Source: Eledone cirrhosa | Lineage: Eukaryota | Assembly (NCBI GenBank): GCA_964016885.1 | Contig: CAXHJY010001745.1 | Coordinates: 1 to 64,000 of the forward strand | Direction of reading: 5' to 3' | DNA length: 64,000 nt | In this document: positions 45,747 to 59,340 of the stretch, piece by piece | How the letters are laid out: each line of letters starts with the position of its first letter | Numbering within the stretch: position 1 is the stretch's first letter | Position numbers and translations under genes: made by a program | The notes under the pieces: generated by a model | Databases searched by the model: none | Told to the model about the DNA's origin: nothing | Seen by the model: the letters and a program-made list of their open reading frames with translations, nothing else

Positions 45747-46276
45747 AATAAAACAAGGATCAGTGGTTACTCCTTCATTACGTTTATTGGTTGGTGACGC
45801 GCGTTTCACCACTGATCAGCTCAAGGTTCGATCTGTATCGATCTAGCTCGACTCTATAATCCACGGCTATATAATGGCAATGAAAAAAAAATGAGTCGGA
45901 CTAGATCGATACAGATCGAACCTTGAGCTGATCAGTAGCGAAACGCGCGTCACTAACCAATAAACGTAATGAAGGAGTAACCAATCGTCCTTGTTATGTT
46001 ATTTTAATATAATTGTTTCTACTTTAGGCACAAGGCCAGCAATTACCCAGTGCATTACTGGTACTTTATTTTATCGACCCCGTAAGGATGAAAGGCAAAG
46101 TCAACCTCGGCGGGATTTGAACTCAGATCGTAAAGGGACGTAACTATGCTGGAAAGCATGGCGTCCGATCCTCTACCGATACTGCCAATATAATACACTC
46201 TGTCTAGCTCTACACCTCGACACAGAAGTGAGCCTAAAGATCGAGAGCTCATCCGAGTGAACCTACAGTAACTCCA

Positions 46277-46280
<4 letters not shown>
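45747..46280 (+). mobile_element. PLE-type hairpin (arms ~45751-45854/45892-45995) with SINE-interrupted tail
   Basis: GAAA-CGCGCG-TC then AATAAA in the arm; tail resumes after the SINE. Confidence 0.72.
46013..46188 (-). mobile_element. SINE family 1 (TSD aatataat)
   Basis: Nearly identical to 11217-11400. Confidence 0.9.
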
Positions 46281-46357
<77 letters not shown>

Positions 46358-46562
46358 ACTTAGTGGAACAAAACCAAAATAAAATAATGGAGATTGGAAA
46401 TTGCGAAACGAAAAAATAAAAAATTGCCTGGGTTTATCTTTTTAAAAATGACTTCCGAATACCATAAGTTCGGTTGGTCTTGTTTGGGGGTCGATCCGGC
46501 TTATTTGGAGACGGTTTCTTCTGTCTGTCTCTCAAGAAGAAGAAGAAGAAGAAGAAGAAGAA

Positions 46563-46618
<56 letters not shown>

Positions 46619-47267
46619 CATAGTTGTTAAATTGGAACATTTGTTGTTTAATGGCAAAAAAATGTTTTTTCAGCTTAATCTCGTCATTTCTATTTTAAAG
46701 CTGATTCTCCCCCACCCCCTCTTCATATATATCTTGCTCCACTACTCCAAACATGATGTCCTAATTTATGTAATTATTCCACTCCTCTCCCCTTTTTCCC
46801 ACTCTCTGCCCGCCCCCTCTCTCCCCTTCTCTTATATTTAACTATAACTTAATTATATGTAATATGTTTATATGTCATTTAAAAAAAAAACTTTTAAAAA
46901 CATCCCCCTCTTCTCCTTCTTGATCTTCTCGTCACTGTTTGTTTCCTCCTCCCCCTCTCCTCCACCTCCTGCTCCTCATGCTCCTCATGCTCCTCCTCCT
47001 TCTTCTTCTTTCTATCTATCTCCCCCACCAGCATCACACATAAATCTTTATACATGTGACCAATTTAGAGGTCTGCACCTTGGAGCCATAAAATGTGTTG
47101 TTGATAAGGTTCCTAACCATCCTTTTCGGGTGCATGTGTGTGTGTGGGGGGGGGGGGGGGGGGCTAAAGATTTTTTTCGGCCGCTTCTGTCCTCATTCCT
47201 ATATATTTGCTTTTGCAGGTCAGTTAGATTCAAACTTACAATGATTGGCATTATATATATAAATATT

Positions 47268-47665
47268 ATTAATAGCTCTAGGAAAGCCATGAACAACACC
47301 ACATCTTTTAAACTTTGATTTTGAAAGTAGGTTTATAATTATTAATTTTCATTATACTTTTGTAGCTGTCTCGGTGGCCTAGTTGGAGGAATCATAGACT
47401 GTGGTGATCCTGCACTGAAGTTCGATCCTGGTCGGGAGTAGGGTTCCCGGTAAACCCTTTCAGCTTTTTTTCTGTTGGTTGTAAAATAAAAACTGAAAAA
47501 GATTACATGTACCTCTTGACCAGGACCTCCGTCATTCCTAGTACCTACCGCTAGGCCAATGAGACAGCTACGAAAGTCTTAGGAAAATTGATACTTATAA
47601 ACCTACTTTCAAAATTCCCTTTACAAAATAATGTGGTGTCGTTCATATCTTTCTTAATGTTATTA
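47268..47665. mobile_element. Foldback element containing a tRNA-like Pol III cassette
   Basis: tttgaaagtaggtttataa / ttataaacctactttcaaa arms; box A TGGCCTAGTTGG, box B GTTCGATCC, then T-run. Confidence 0.55.
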
Positions 47666-47744
47666 CTGCTACTTAAGGTCGACTTCTAAATCATTTGGGT
47701 GTACCTTAAACTACATCCTCGTTTTCTTTCTCATCTATCTAGAT

Positions 47745-48365
47745 CAGGCATGTCAAACATGCGACCCGCGGGCTGCAAGCGGCCTTTTGCAAGCTCACCT
47801 GCGGCCTGCACAAAAGTTTTTATAGCGCCAGCATGTTTTATCTTCGTAATATAAAATTTAAAAAAATTCAATACGATTGTTGCGATTTTTCTCAACTACT
47901 TTAAACTTCCGAGGAATCACGCGCAGCTCATTAACAGTTGTAAACAGAAAACTATCTTTCACAATTTCAAAAGTATTTTCTTTTAAAATGGCTAGTGCTC
48001 CTCCAGCTAAGAGAAAAGGGAAATTGAAAGAAGAAGGGGTGAGTGTTTCAAGAAAAGTGGGAATTACAGTATTTTTGCATAATGGTGAACGCAAAGATAC
48101 ACTGTTCAATTTGCAACAACTGCGTCTCCACGCCAAAAGAGTACAACTTGAAAAGACATTGTGAAACGAACCAGCGATCTTACGATAAATATGACGGCCC
48201 AATGCGTGTTTCAAGACTCAAGGAATTGAAGACTTAGTTTTATGTAAATTCAGGAAGAGAATGTCACTTCCGTTACTGCAAGCTATCAACTCAGCCAAAT
48301 GATCGCCATGAGTGGGAAAGCCTACAGGGAAGGAGATTTTGTAAAGCAACGCCTTGTAAAAACAT
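47745..48365 (+). mobile_element. hAT (Buster/SPIN/GTF2IRD2-like) DNA transposon 5' fragment
   Basis: TIR CAGGCATGTCAAAC preceded by an atcTAgat target site; VFQEKWELQYFC...CSIC...KEYNLKRH BED-like finger; ASYQLSQMIAMSGKAYREGDFVK; frameshifted. Confidence 0.85.
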
Positions 48366-49017
48366 GGGTCCTGCTAATAAAGTATAATAGGGATATGGAA
48401 GTAAAACCCTATTTTAGCACACATACACCTAATGTAACACCGTCACCTGATCCTTGGGTATCATTTTTCCGGAGTCCACTCAGCAGCAAACTTTCGATCC
48501 ATGTCTCTGGTTTAAGGATACCCTCCTCCATACACCCCACCCCACCCAACAAATCTCGATGGATCAGAAAAGGGTCACCAGCACTTTTCCCCTTTAACTA
48601 AATGGTTAAACAAAAAAAAAACAGCACTCTAATCAAAGATTCTAGGATTAACATATACAATTTTAATCCTTATGTCGAGTAGCTTACTAAAAGAATACTG
48701 GAAATTATATATTTATATATTTCAATATTTATTTTATTGTTTTGTTGGGTTTTTTACAAATTATGTTCTGTTTTTTTTTCAAAGTAGGTACAAATGGTAA
48801 CCCAATCTGCCGAGAACTGCTGAAAAGTGTTTAATTTTGTTAAATTGCTTAATCAGATGGAGGGCGACAAAATAGGCAGAGTTGTTAGGGTGCCGGAATA
48901 AATGATTCGGTAGTTGTCCCACTTCTCTGATCTTTGAGTCCCACCGACCTCTCAACTTTACCTTTCACCCTTCCGGGGTTGATAAATAAAGTACCTGTCC
49001 ATTTCTAGGGTCCATTA

Positions 49018-49084
<67 letters not shown>

Positions 49085-49104
49085 CTTTCTCTCCCCTCCC
49101 CCTC

Positions 49105-49151
<47 letters not shown>

Positions 49152-49631
49152 CTTTCTCCCCCCCCACTCTGTCTCCCCCTCCTCTCTGTCTCCCCCTTCC
49201 CCTCTCTCTCTCCAGCTGGAAAGAGATGGGTTCCATCAGGTGTGAACACGATGCCGCTGCAACTCCAGCATGCGTTAAGGGCCATTCTTCTTCTTCTTCT
49301 TCTTCGCCAGACGAGGAGTAGAAGCTTCCTAAGTCCCTTTCTGTTTCAAGCACTGCCCTTCCTTTTCTGATTAAATAGTAAAAAATAACAAACCAACTAA
49401 AAAGACATTGATATAAAATCAGACACACCCCGACCTCTTTCACTACATATCATTCAACTTCCACCGCCCCCGTTTTTTTATATTTACATTTAAATTTTGA
49501 TGGTTTCATTCCTGTTGATCCAAGTGACTACGTTATGAAACTTAAGCTAAAGTAAACCTCGACTAACATGCGGCTTAACCGCTGACATAACCAAAGGACG
49601 CCCTAACGAAATAAAGCACTGAAATTAATTT

Positions 49632-50120
49632 ATCGGTAGAAGGTCGGACGCCATGCTTTTCAGCATAGAGTTACGCCCCTTTATAGTCTGAGTTCAAATC
49701 CCGCCGAGGTTCACTTTGCCTTTCATCCTTACGGGGTCGATAAGATAAAGTACCAGTAATGCACTGGGATAATTGCTGTCCTCGTGCCAAAAGTAGAAAC
49801 AATTATTCTTACATTAGGGTTGAAAGGCGGTGGTTTGACAGTAATCGGTAGAGCATCGGATAACATGCTTTGCGGCATAGAGTTATGGCCCTTTGCGTTC
49901 TGGGTTTAAATTTCGACTTTCCCATACCTCCAAAATTGTTGGCCTTGTGCCTAAATCAGAAACCATTAGCTACCCCGTAAGGATGCAAATCCCGCCGAGT
50001 TTACCTTTGCCTTTCATTCTTTCGTGTTCGATAAAATATAGTACCAGTAACATACTGAGGTCGATTTAATCGATCCCCCCACCCCCACAAAAATAATTAT
50101 TGACCTTGTGCCTAAATCAG
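49632..50120 (+). mobile_element. Cluster of three SINE family 1-type copies or fragments
   Basis: 49632-49803, 49826-49965, 49985-50120. Confidence 0.8.
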
Positions 50121-50362
50121 GTCCAAATTTTCATTTTAGAAGAAATAAATATTTCTTAATTTTTTTCCTCCTCCCCTTCCTCTTTCTTCTCCTCCTCCTT
50201 CTCCTCACCCTTCTCCTTCTCCTCATTCTTCACTCCCTCCTCCACCGCCCCTACCCCCTCCCTTCTTCTGCTTCATATTTTTTTTCTTTTTCTCCTTCCT
50301 CTTCATTGCTTTCATTAGTAATGTTGAAATAATCAATTAAACTATATTTTTAAACCGTTTAT

Positions 50363-50472
50363 TTTTGTTGTGTTAAGAGGTCAACTAGGATTTTGGTGTG
50401 TTAAGAGGTTAACTAGGTTTTTGGTGTGTTAAGAGGTCAACTAGGTTTTTGGTGTGTTAAGAGGTCAACTAA
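50363..50472. repeat. 27-bp tandem repeat x4
   Basis: ttttggtgtgttaagaggtcaactagg. Confidence 0.85.
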
Positions 50473-50517
50473 GTTTTGAACGAAAGTTCAGCAAAAATCT
50501 TTTATTTTTCTTTCACG

Positions 50518-50660
50518 TAGCTTACCTCTATTTTTATATTTTTTCACAGCTCTTACCTCTATTTTTATATTTTTTCACAGCTCTTACCTCTATTTTTATA
50601 TTTTTTCACAGCTCTTACCTCTATTTTTATATTTTTTCACAGCTCTTACCTTTATTTTTA
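50518..50660. repeat. 31-bp tandem repeat x~4.5
   Basis: ctcttacctctatttttatattttttcacag. Confidence 0.9.
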
Positions 50661-51139
50661 TGTTGTTAGGACGGACAAGTAGCTGACAGAGGTCAAAGTT
50701 TAGCCCTGAAATCATGCGTTATTCACGGAAAGCAATTTCACCTTCCTTGGCAGCTTGTTAACCCCAAAGGTAGACACTGAAAATTCAATTCATGGATTTA
50801 ATTAATGTTTTGTTTGTTCTTGTATTAAGGTGTGAATTTCTCTTTGTTTAAACATGTGTGTCCAGTTGCAGACAGGCAGAATGTCAAATGGAAAGACAGA
50901 AAACTCAGCCTTCATTGTATAAACGTTCTATATCGCCGCTTTGTTTGTGGCACACAGTTCTAAGTTTTAACTATTAGCATCACTCTATAATCGTTCTATA
51001 AATGTTCTATATCGCCTCTTTGTTGCGGGTACACAGTTCTAAGTTTTAACTTTTAGTATCGTCTGGTTGTTTCATTGAACAGGCCGTATTAACACCTTAA
51101 ACTGCTTCGTCACTTTCGTTACGTCGTGATATTAGTTTA

Positions 51140-51340
51140 CCGTCGTGGTCATGGCTACAAACAATGATCGCAACTACGCCAGTCGTAGCCATGGCTACAC
51201 TCAATGAGGGCAATTACGCCAGTTGTAGCCATCGCTACAAGCAATGACCGCAACTACGCCAGTCGTAGCCATGGCTACAAGCAATGAGGGCAATTACGCC
51301 AGTTGTAGCCATGGCTACAAGCAATGACTGCAACAACGTC
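51140..51340. repeat. 40-bp tandem repeat x5 with internal palindrome tagccatggcta
   Basis: Period 40 (51171, 51211, 51251, 51291, 51331). Confidence 0.9.
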
Positions 51341-51707
51341 AACATATTTTTAGGTCACCTTCAGGCTAAAACTTTAGTTTTAACCTTGCCTTTTACAAGG
51401 ACGACTGCATGGCTTTCGTATCACCAGGGACCGGATCACTTTCTCTATTTCCTTAATGAACAATTTTCACCACTCATTACATTTCTCTCACGACACCTTG
51501 GACACTCGATATGTTTCCATCTACATGTCTACTCTTCTACGTTCGATTTCGTTTTTCTTGGAAACCCATCGATCTCCATTCCCGCCGCGATTTTCCCTTC
51601 TCCTATTTTTACCGATACTACCCTATTTAATTAGCTGAACTATTTCTTCCTTGCTCGGGGGAATCTGAAACCTGCTGCCGACATGGGCCTCCGTCGGGTT
51701 CAGGTTA

Positions 51708-52812
51708 TTGCCAACATGTACCCTGCTCCTCGGCCTTTGCTAACATGTACCTCGCTACCCGGCCTTTGCCAACATGTACCCTGCTACCCGGCCTTCGCTA
51801 AAATGTACCCTGCTACCCGGCCTTTGCCAACATGTACCCTGCTACTCGGCCTTTGCTAACATGTACCTCGCTACCCGGCCTTTGCCAACATGTACCCTGC
51901 GACTCGGCCTTTGCCAACATGTACCCTGCTACCCGGCCTTCGCTAAAATGTACCCTGCTACCCGGCCTTTGTCAACATGTACCCTGCGACTCGGCCTTTG
52001 CCAACATGTACCCTGCTCCTCGGCCTTTGCTAACATGTACCTCGCTACTCGGCCTTTGTCAACATGTACCCTGCGATTCGGCCTTCGCCAACATGTACCC
52101 TGCTACCCGGCCTTCGCTAAAATGTACCCTGCTACCCGGCCTTTGCCAACTCGTACCCTGGCGACTCGGCCTTTGCCAACATGTACCCTGCTACTCGGCC
52201 TTTGCTAACATGTACCTCGCTACCCGGCCTTTGCCAACATGTACCCTGCGACTCGGCCTTCGCCAACATGTACCCTGCTACCCGGCCTTCGCTAAAATGT
52301 ACCCTGCTACCCGGCTTTGCCAACATGTACCCTGGCGACTCGGCCTTTGCCAACATGCACCCTGCTCCTCGGCCTTTGCTAACATGTACCACGCTACCCG
52401 GCCTTTGTCAACATGTACCCTGCGACTCGGCCTTCGCCAACATGTACCCTGCTACCCGGCCTTCGCTAAAATGTACCCTGCTACCCGGCCTTTGCCAACA
52501 TGTACCCTGGCGACTCGGCCTTTGCCATCATGTACCCTGCTACTCGGCCTTTGCTAACATGTACCTCGCTACCCGGCCTTTGCCAACATGTACCCTGCGA
52601 CTCGGCCTTCGCCAACATGTACCCTGCTACCCGGCCTTCGCTAAAATGTACCCTGCTACCCGGCTTTGCCAACATGTACCCTGGCGACTCGGCCTTTGCC
52701 AACATGTACCCTGCTCCTCGGCCTTTGCTAACATGTACCTCGCTACTCGGCCTTTGCCAACATGTACCCTGCGACTCGGCCTTCGTTAACATGTACCCTG
52801 CTACCCGGCCTT
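51708..52812. repeat. 29-bp minisatellite with ~175-bp (6-mer) higher-order repeat
   Basis: aacatgtaccctgctacccggcctttgcc; ttcgctaaaatg variant every 174-175 bp. Confidence 0.93.
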
Positions 52813-53174
52813 CTCACTACACCCTCTGCAACTTCTACAATGAGCTGCTCACTCTGCTTCCAGCTACCATCAACTTCGATCCCTTCCTTTCAAACATAAC
52901 AATAAATAAATGAAACATACCTATATTCAGTGACTAACTCAGTTTAATAAAAGGTTAAAAGATTTTATTTACTGTTGAGAATAAAGACGATATTAAAAAT
53001 AGTACTGTGAATATTTCTGCAAGAGAAATCAAAACAATTTTATTCTTTTGAGAATAAACTGACCTAAAATACTTTAAAATTGTACAAGTTGACTCACAAG
53101 TGACTGAGGAACCCAGAACAATTAAAAAATGGAAGAGTAATTCAAGCCACCATGACCCACCAACACCCGCTAAC

Positions 53175-53411
53175 ACATGCACACACACACACTTACAGAC
53201 ACACGCACACGCACACACACGAGTCAGTTTAGCCAGTATCACTCGCCAACACACACACACACACACGCACACACACGCACGCATACACTCAGACACATAC
53301 ACACACACAAAGTCACACACACACAGACACACACACACGCACAGAGAGACACACACACACAGACACACAGAGTCACACACACACACAGACACACAGAGTC
53401 ACACACACACA

Positions 53412-53452
<41 letters not shown>

Positions 53453-53461
53453 ACACACACA

Positions 53462-53512
<51 letters not shown>
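53175..53512. repeat. (CA)n microsatellite
   Basis: Direct observation. Confidence 0.9.
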
Positions 53513-53515
<3 letters not shown>

Positions 53516-53660
53516 TCATTCAAGCCATATGGAATCATATGATATGATTCCAGTTCCTCAGAGGAATAACAGCACAACCAGGAGCTGGACATATCGATGT
53601 ATTGACGGAGTAAAACACACTTCAACAACATGTGTACCTGTCTTTCCCACACCAATTCGG

Positions 53661-53715
53661 ACTGCCTGAAGAGGTCACAGCCAATGATGGCTGTCACCGA
53701 AATATATATAGCAGT
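53661..53715 (+). ncRNA. Minimal type I hammerhead ribozyme (intact)
   Basis: ACTGC-CTGAAGA-GGT c ACAGCCA atga TGGCTGT c ACC-GAAA-TATATA-TA-GCAGT; AATAAA at 53731. Confidence 0.88.
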
Positions 53716-53861
53716 ATATCTATAATTTATAATAAACGAAGCCAAATTTTACATATTTGACTTAATTATTTTACATTACTCCGGAGTAAACAAACCAACC
53801 TACGTACCTCGTCGAGTGTTCCAATCTGCTTACTGAGGTGTCGGTAAACAACCAACATATA

Positions 53862-53919
<58 letters not shown>

Positions 53920-54073
53920 AGATCAAAAGATGGTTAAAAGAGTTACATGTATTTTATTATGCGCATTTCAAAAACAAATATCATCATGCAATAACATTTG
54001 TGTTTTCGTCAGATAAAATAGGAAGACATGATATGAAGGTTAAAATACACTTGTGAATAGTGCAGTTTTAAAT

Positions 54074-54127
<54 letters not shown>

Positions 54128-54749
54128 ATTTAGAGTTCAAATCTTCAATGCAGGGTTTTTTTTTGTTTCTTTTATTTTTTTTGGGGGGGGGGGGGGGTAT
54201 TATGAAAAATTGCGCCCCTGCCCAAACACCATACACCCATCTTTCAGATAGCCATAAACTCGGCTCAGAAATACGTAATAATGGGTCTAATAATTTATAT
54301 AATTAGTTTAATGATCCGGCCACCATAGTGTTTCTCAACCATGATAATCAGAGATCATACATCTGAAGGGGTTTCTTTTTCCATTCTCTGACCATAGTTT
54401 ATCTGACTTTAATAGAAACTGCTCCTTGTCCAAGTGGCGCCCATGGCTTGTGCCATGTTTTCCAAACACTAGTTATGCCTGTGCATGTAGGTCCCTGATG
54501 ACTACACTTTCTTTAGACAATAGGGTGTTATTTGAGGCAGATTTGGCTGTCATTTCGAGCCAGTGACCACCACGTAGCGGCTCCATTGTTGGTTGGTTAT
54601 GGAGAACGATGTGGAAATTGATAGAGAAATAGATAAGTCACAATAACGATCCATCGACTTTCGTCAAATCGGACCGAGGAAACAATGTTTCCGTTGGTCT
54701 TTCCAATTGCTAATACTATCAATCTATCGGTCGCAACTCCAGGTAGAAG

Positions 54750-54870
54750 GAGCAACATGAAATAAAGTGTCTTGTTCAAGGACATAATGCATCGCCCGGT
54801 CCAGGAATCGAACTCACAGCCTCAAGATTGTGAATACAATTCTCTAACCACTCAGCCACACGCCTTCACT
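54750..54870 (-). mobile_element. SINE family 2 head
   Basis: gagcaacatgaaataaagtgtcttgttcaagg...ccaggaatcgaactc. Confidence 0.75.
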
Positions 54871-54940
54871 AAGTCACTATAGACATAAGTAGATGAATAG
54901 ACTAATAGAGACTGTAAGGGTGAAGAACGTAGGAAATAAT

Positions 54941-55110
54941 GGTTTCTACTTTTGGCACAAGGCCAGCAATTACTCCAGTGCATTACTGGTAGTTTATTTT
55001 ATTGACCCCCGTAAGGATGAAAGGCAAAGTTAACCTCGGCGGCATTTGAACTCAGACCGTAAAGGGCCATAACTATGCTGAAAAGCATGGCGACCGACCC
55101 TAATGCCAAT
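54941..55110 (-). mobile_element. SINE family 1
   Basis: Core and boxes on rc. Confidence 0.88.
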
Positions 55111-55362
55111 TCATGCAGGAACTAATGAAGATGAGATAAACTTAGGACATGTAATTGCTGTTTGTTGTAGACTACAACTATTTAAACATGAAAACAGAGT
55201 ATTTAATAACCTTTTGATAACTTCCAATTGACAGCAATTTGTTGATAACGGTGCTTGTGTGTGAGAGAGTGTGTGTGTGTCTGTGTGGGAGAGAGAGAGT
55301 GTGTGTGGGGGGAGTGTGTTTGGGGGGAGAGAGAGAGTGTGTGTCTGAGTGTGTGCATGTGT

Positions 55363-55433
<71 letters not shown>

Positions 55434-55434
55434 A

Positions 55435-55473
<39 letters not shown>

Positions 55474-55704
55474 TTTGAGTGTGTGCTGGTACAGTCAAGC
55501 TTTTCATTTAACCTTATCTGACTATAAATCAAAATCGCCCTAATTTGTTAATAACTGCAAAGAGAGTTGATAAATGTAGAGAATAAACAGATTAAAGGGT
55601 GGTGCCCCAGCATGGCCTCAGCCGGATGGCTGAAACATGGAAAAGAGTAAATATAGTTGCGAATATAAACCATTCATTCCCATTGCTTGTTTGTATATTA
55701 GAGT

Positions 55705-58700
55705 TTAGCCAGGAGAGTCTGTAATACCTATAACCCAGTGTTGACCAGTATATTTTAGCCAGGAGGGTCTGTAGTACCTATAACCCAGTGTTGACCAGTA
55801 TATTTTAGCCAGGAGAGTCTGTAGTACCTATAACCCAGTGTTGACCAGTATATTTTAGCCAGGAGGGTCTATAGTTCCCATAACCCAATTTTGACCGGTA
55901 TATTTTAACCAGGAGAGTCTGTAGTACCCAGTGTTGACCGGTATATTTTAGCAAGGAGAGTCTGTAGTACCCAGTGTTGACCGGTATATTTTAGCCAGTA
56001 GAGTCTGTAGTACCCAGTGTTGACCGGTATATTTTAGCCAGGAGAGTCTGTAGTACCCAGTGTTGACCGGTATATTTTAGCAAGGAGAGTCTGTAGTACC
56101 CAGTGTTGACCGGTATATTTTAGCCAGGAGAGTCTGTAGTACCCAGTGTTGACCGGTATATTTTAGCCAGGAGAGTCTGTAGTACCCAGTGTTGACCGGT
56201 ATATTTTAGCCAGGAGAGTCTGTAGTACCCAGTGTTGACCGGTATATTTTAGCCAGGAAAGTCTGTAGTACCCAGTGTTGACCGGTATATTTTAGCCAGG
56301 AGAGTCTGTAGTACCCAGTGTTGACCGATATATTTTAGCCAGGAGAGTCTGTAGTACCCAGTGTTGACCGGTATATTTTAGCCAGGAGAGTCTGTAGTAC
56401 CCAGTGTTGACCGGTATATTTTAGCCAGGAGAGTCTGTAGTACCCAGTGTTGACCGGTATATTTTAGCCAGGAGAGTCTGTAGTACCCAGTGTTGACCGG
56501 TATATTTTAGCCAGGAAAGTCTGTAGTACCCAGTGTTGACCGGTATATTTTAGCCAGGAGAGTCTGTAGTACCCAGTGTTGACCGATATATTTTAGCCAG
56601 GAGAGTCTGTAGTACCCAGTGTTGACCGGTATATTTTAGCCAGGAGAGTCTGTAGTACCCAGTGTTGACCGGTATATTTTAGCAAGGAGAGTCTGTAGTA
56701 CCCAGTGTTGACCGGTATATTTTAGCCAGGAGAGTCTGTAGTACCCAGTGTTGACCGGTATATTTTAGCCAGGAGAGTCTGTAGTACCCAGTGTTGACCG
56801 GTATATTTTAGCAAGGAGAGTCTGTAGTACCTATCACCCAGTGTTGACCAGTATATTTTAGCCAGGAGAGTCTGTAGTACCTATAACCCAGTGTTGACCA
56901 GTATATTTTAGCCAGGAGGGTCTGTAGTACCTATAACCCAGTGTTGACTAGTATATTTTAGCCAGGAGGGACTGTAGTACCTATAACCCAGTGTTGACCG
57001 GTATATTTTAGCAAGGAGAGTCTGTAGTACCTATAACCCAGTGTTGACCAGTATATTTTAGCCAGGAGGGTCTGTAGTACCTATAACCCAGTGTTGACCA
57101 GTATATTTTAACCAGGAGGGTCTGTAGTACCTATAACCCAGTGTTGACCAGTATATTTTAGCCAGGAGGGTCTGTAGTACCTATAACCCAGTGTTGACCG
57201 GTATATTTTAGCAAGGAGAGTCTGTAGTACCTATAACCCAGTGTTGACCAGTATATTTTAGCCAGGAGGGTCTGTAGTACCTATAACCCAGTGTTGACCA
57301 GTATATTTTAGCCAGGAGAGTCTGTAGTACCTATAACCCAGTGTTGACCAGTATATTTTAGCCAGGAGGGTCTGAAGTTCCCATAACCCAGTGTTGACCA
57401 GTATATTTTAGCCAGGAGGGTCTGAAGTTCCCATAAATCAGTGTTGACCGGTATATTTTAGCCAGGAGGGTCTGTAGTACCTATAACCCAGTGTTGACCA
57501 GTATATTTTAGCCAGGAGCGTCTGTAGTACCTATAACCCAGTGTTGACCGGTATATTTTAGCCAGGAGAGTCTGTAGTAACTATAACCCAGTGTTGACCG
57601 GTATATTTTAGCAAGGAGAGTCTGTAGTACCTATCACCCAGTGTTGACCAGTATATTTTAGCCAGGAGAGTCTGTAGTACCTATAACCCAGTGTTGACCA
57701 GTATATTTTAGCCAGGAGGGTCTGTAGTACCTATAACCCAGTGTTGACTAGTATATTTTAGCCAGGAGGGACTGTAGTACCTATAACCCAGTGTTGACCG
57801 GTATATTTTAGCAAGGAGAGTCTGTAGTACCTATAACCCAGTGTTGACCAGTATATTTTAGCCAGGAGGGTCTGTAGTACCTATAACCCAGTGTTGACCA
57901 GTATATTTTAGCCAGGAGGGTCTGTAGTACCTATAACCCAGTGTTGACCAGTATATTTTAACCAGGAGGGTCTGTAGTACCTATAACCCAGTGTTGACCA
58001 GTATATTTTAGCCAGGAGGGTCTGTAGTACCTATAACCCAGTGTTGACCGGTATATTTTAGCAAGGAGAGTATGTAGTACCTATAACCCAGTGTTGACCA
58101 GTATATTTTAGCCAGGAGGGTCTGTAGTACCTATAACCCAGTGTTGACCAGTATATTTTAGCCAGGAGAGTCTGTAGTACCTATAACCCAGTGTTGACCA
58201 GTATATTTTAGCCAGGAGGGTCTGAAGTTCCCATAACCCAGTGTTGACCAGTATATTTTAGCCAGGAGGGTCTGAAGTTCCCATAAATCAGTGTTGACCG
58301 GTATATTTTAGCCAGGAGGGTCTGTAGTACCTATAACCCAGTGTTGACCAGTATATTTTAGCCAGGAGCGTCTGTAGTACCTATAACCCAGTGTTGACCG
58401 GTATATTTTAGCCAGGAGAGTCTGTAGTAACTATAACCCAGTGTTGACCGGTATATTTTAGCCAGGAGAGTCTGTAGTACCTATAACCCAGTGTTGACCA
58501 GTATATTTTAGCCAGGGGGGTCTGTAGTACCTATAACCCAGTGTTGACCAGTATATTTTAGCCAGGAGGGTCTGTAGTACCTATAACCCAGTGTTGACCG
58601 GTATATTTTAGCCAGGAGGGTCTGTAGTACCTATAACCCAGTGTTGACCAGTATATTTTAGCCAGGAGGGTCTGTAGTACCTATAACCCAGTGTTGACCA

Positions 58701-59340
58701 GTATATTTTAGCCAGGAGCGTCTGTAGTACCTATAACCCAGTGTTGACCAGTATATTTTAGCCAGGAGAGTCTGTAGTACCTATAACCCAGTGTTGACCA
58801 GTATATTTTAGCCAGGAGCGTCTGTAGTACCTATAACCCTGTGTTGACCAGTATATTTTAGCCAGGAGAGTCTGTAGTACCTATAACCCAGTGTTGACCA
58901 GTATATTTTAGCCAGGAGGGTCTGTAGTTCCAATAACCCAGTTTTGACCGGTATATTTTAGCCAGGAGGGTCTGTAGTACCTATAACCCAGTGTTGACCA
59001 GTATATTTTAGCCAGGAGAGTCTGTAGTACCTATAACCCTGTGTTGACCAGTATATTTTAGCCAGGAGAGTCTGTAGTACCTATAACCCTGTGTTGACCA
59101 GTATATTTTAGCCAGGAAGGTCTGTAGTTCCAATAACCCAGTTTTGACCGGTATATTTTAGCCAGGAGAGTCTGTAGTACCTATAACCCTTTGTTGACCA
59201 GTATATTTTAGCCAGGAGGGTCTGTAGTTCCAATAACCCAGTTTTGACCGGTATATTTTAGCCAGGAGAGTCTGTAGTTCCTATAACCCAGTGTTGACCA
59301 GTATATTTTAGCCAGGAGAGTCTGTAGTACGTATAACCCA
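55705..59340. repeat. 50-bp satellite (~3.6 kb) with a 42-bp sub-array (~55910-56820)
   Basis: gtatattttagccaggagagtctgtagtacctataacccagtgttgacca. Confidence 0.97.

Noticed and set aside
47363-47440. Functional tRNA-His gene
   Set aside because: Cloverleaf stems do not pair convincingly; treated as a tRNA-derived cassette.
51774-52913. 137-241-aa repetitive ORFs
   Set aside because: Products of the 29-bp minisatellite; the unit is not a multiple of 3 and all frames are similarly open.
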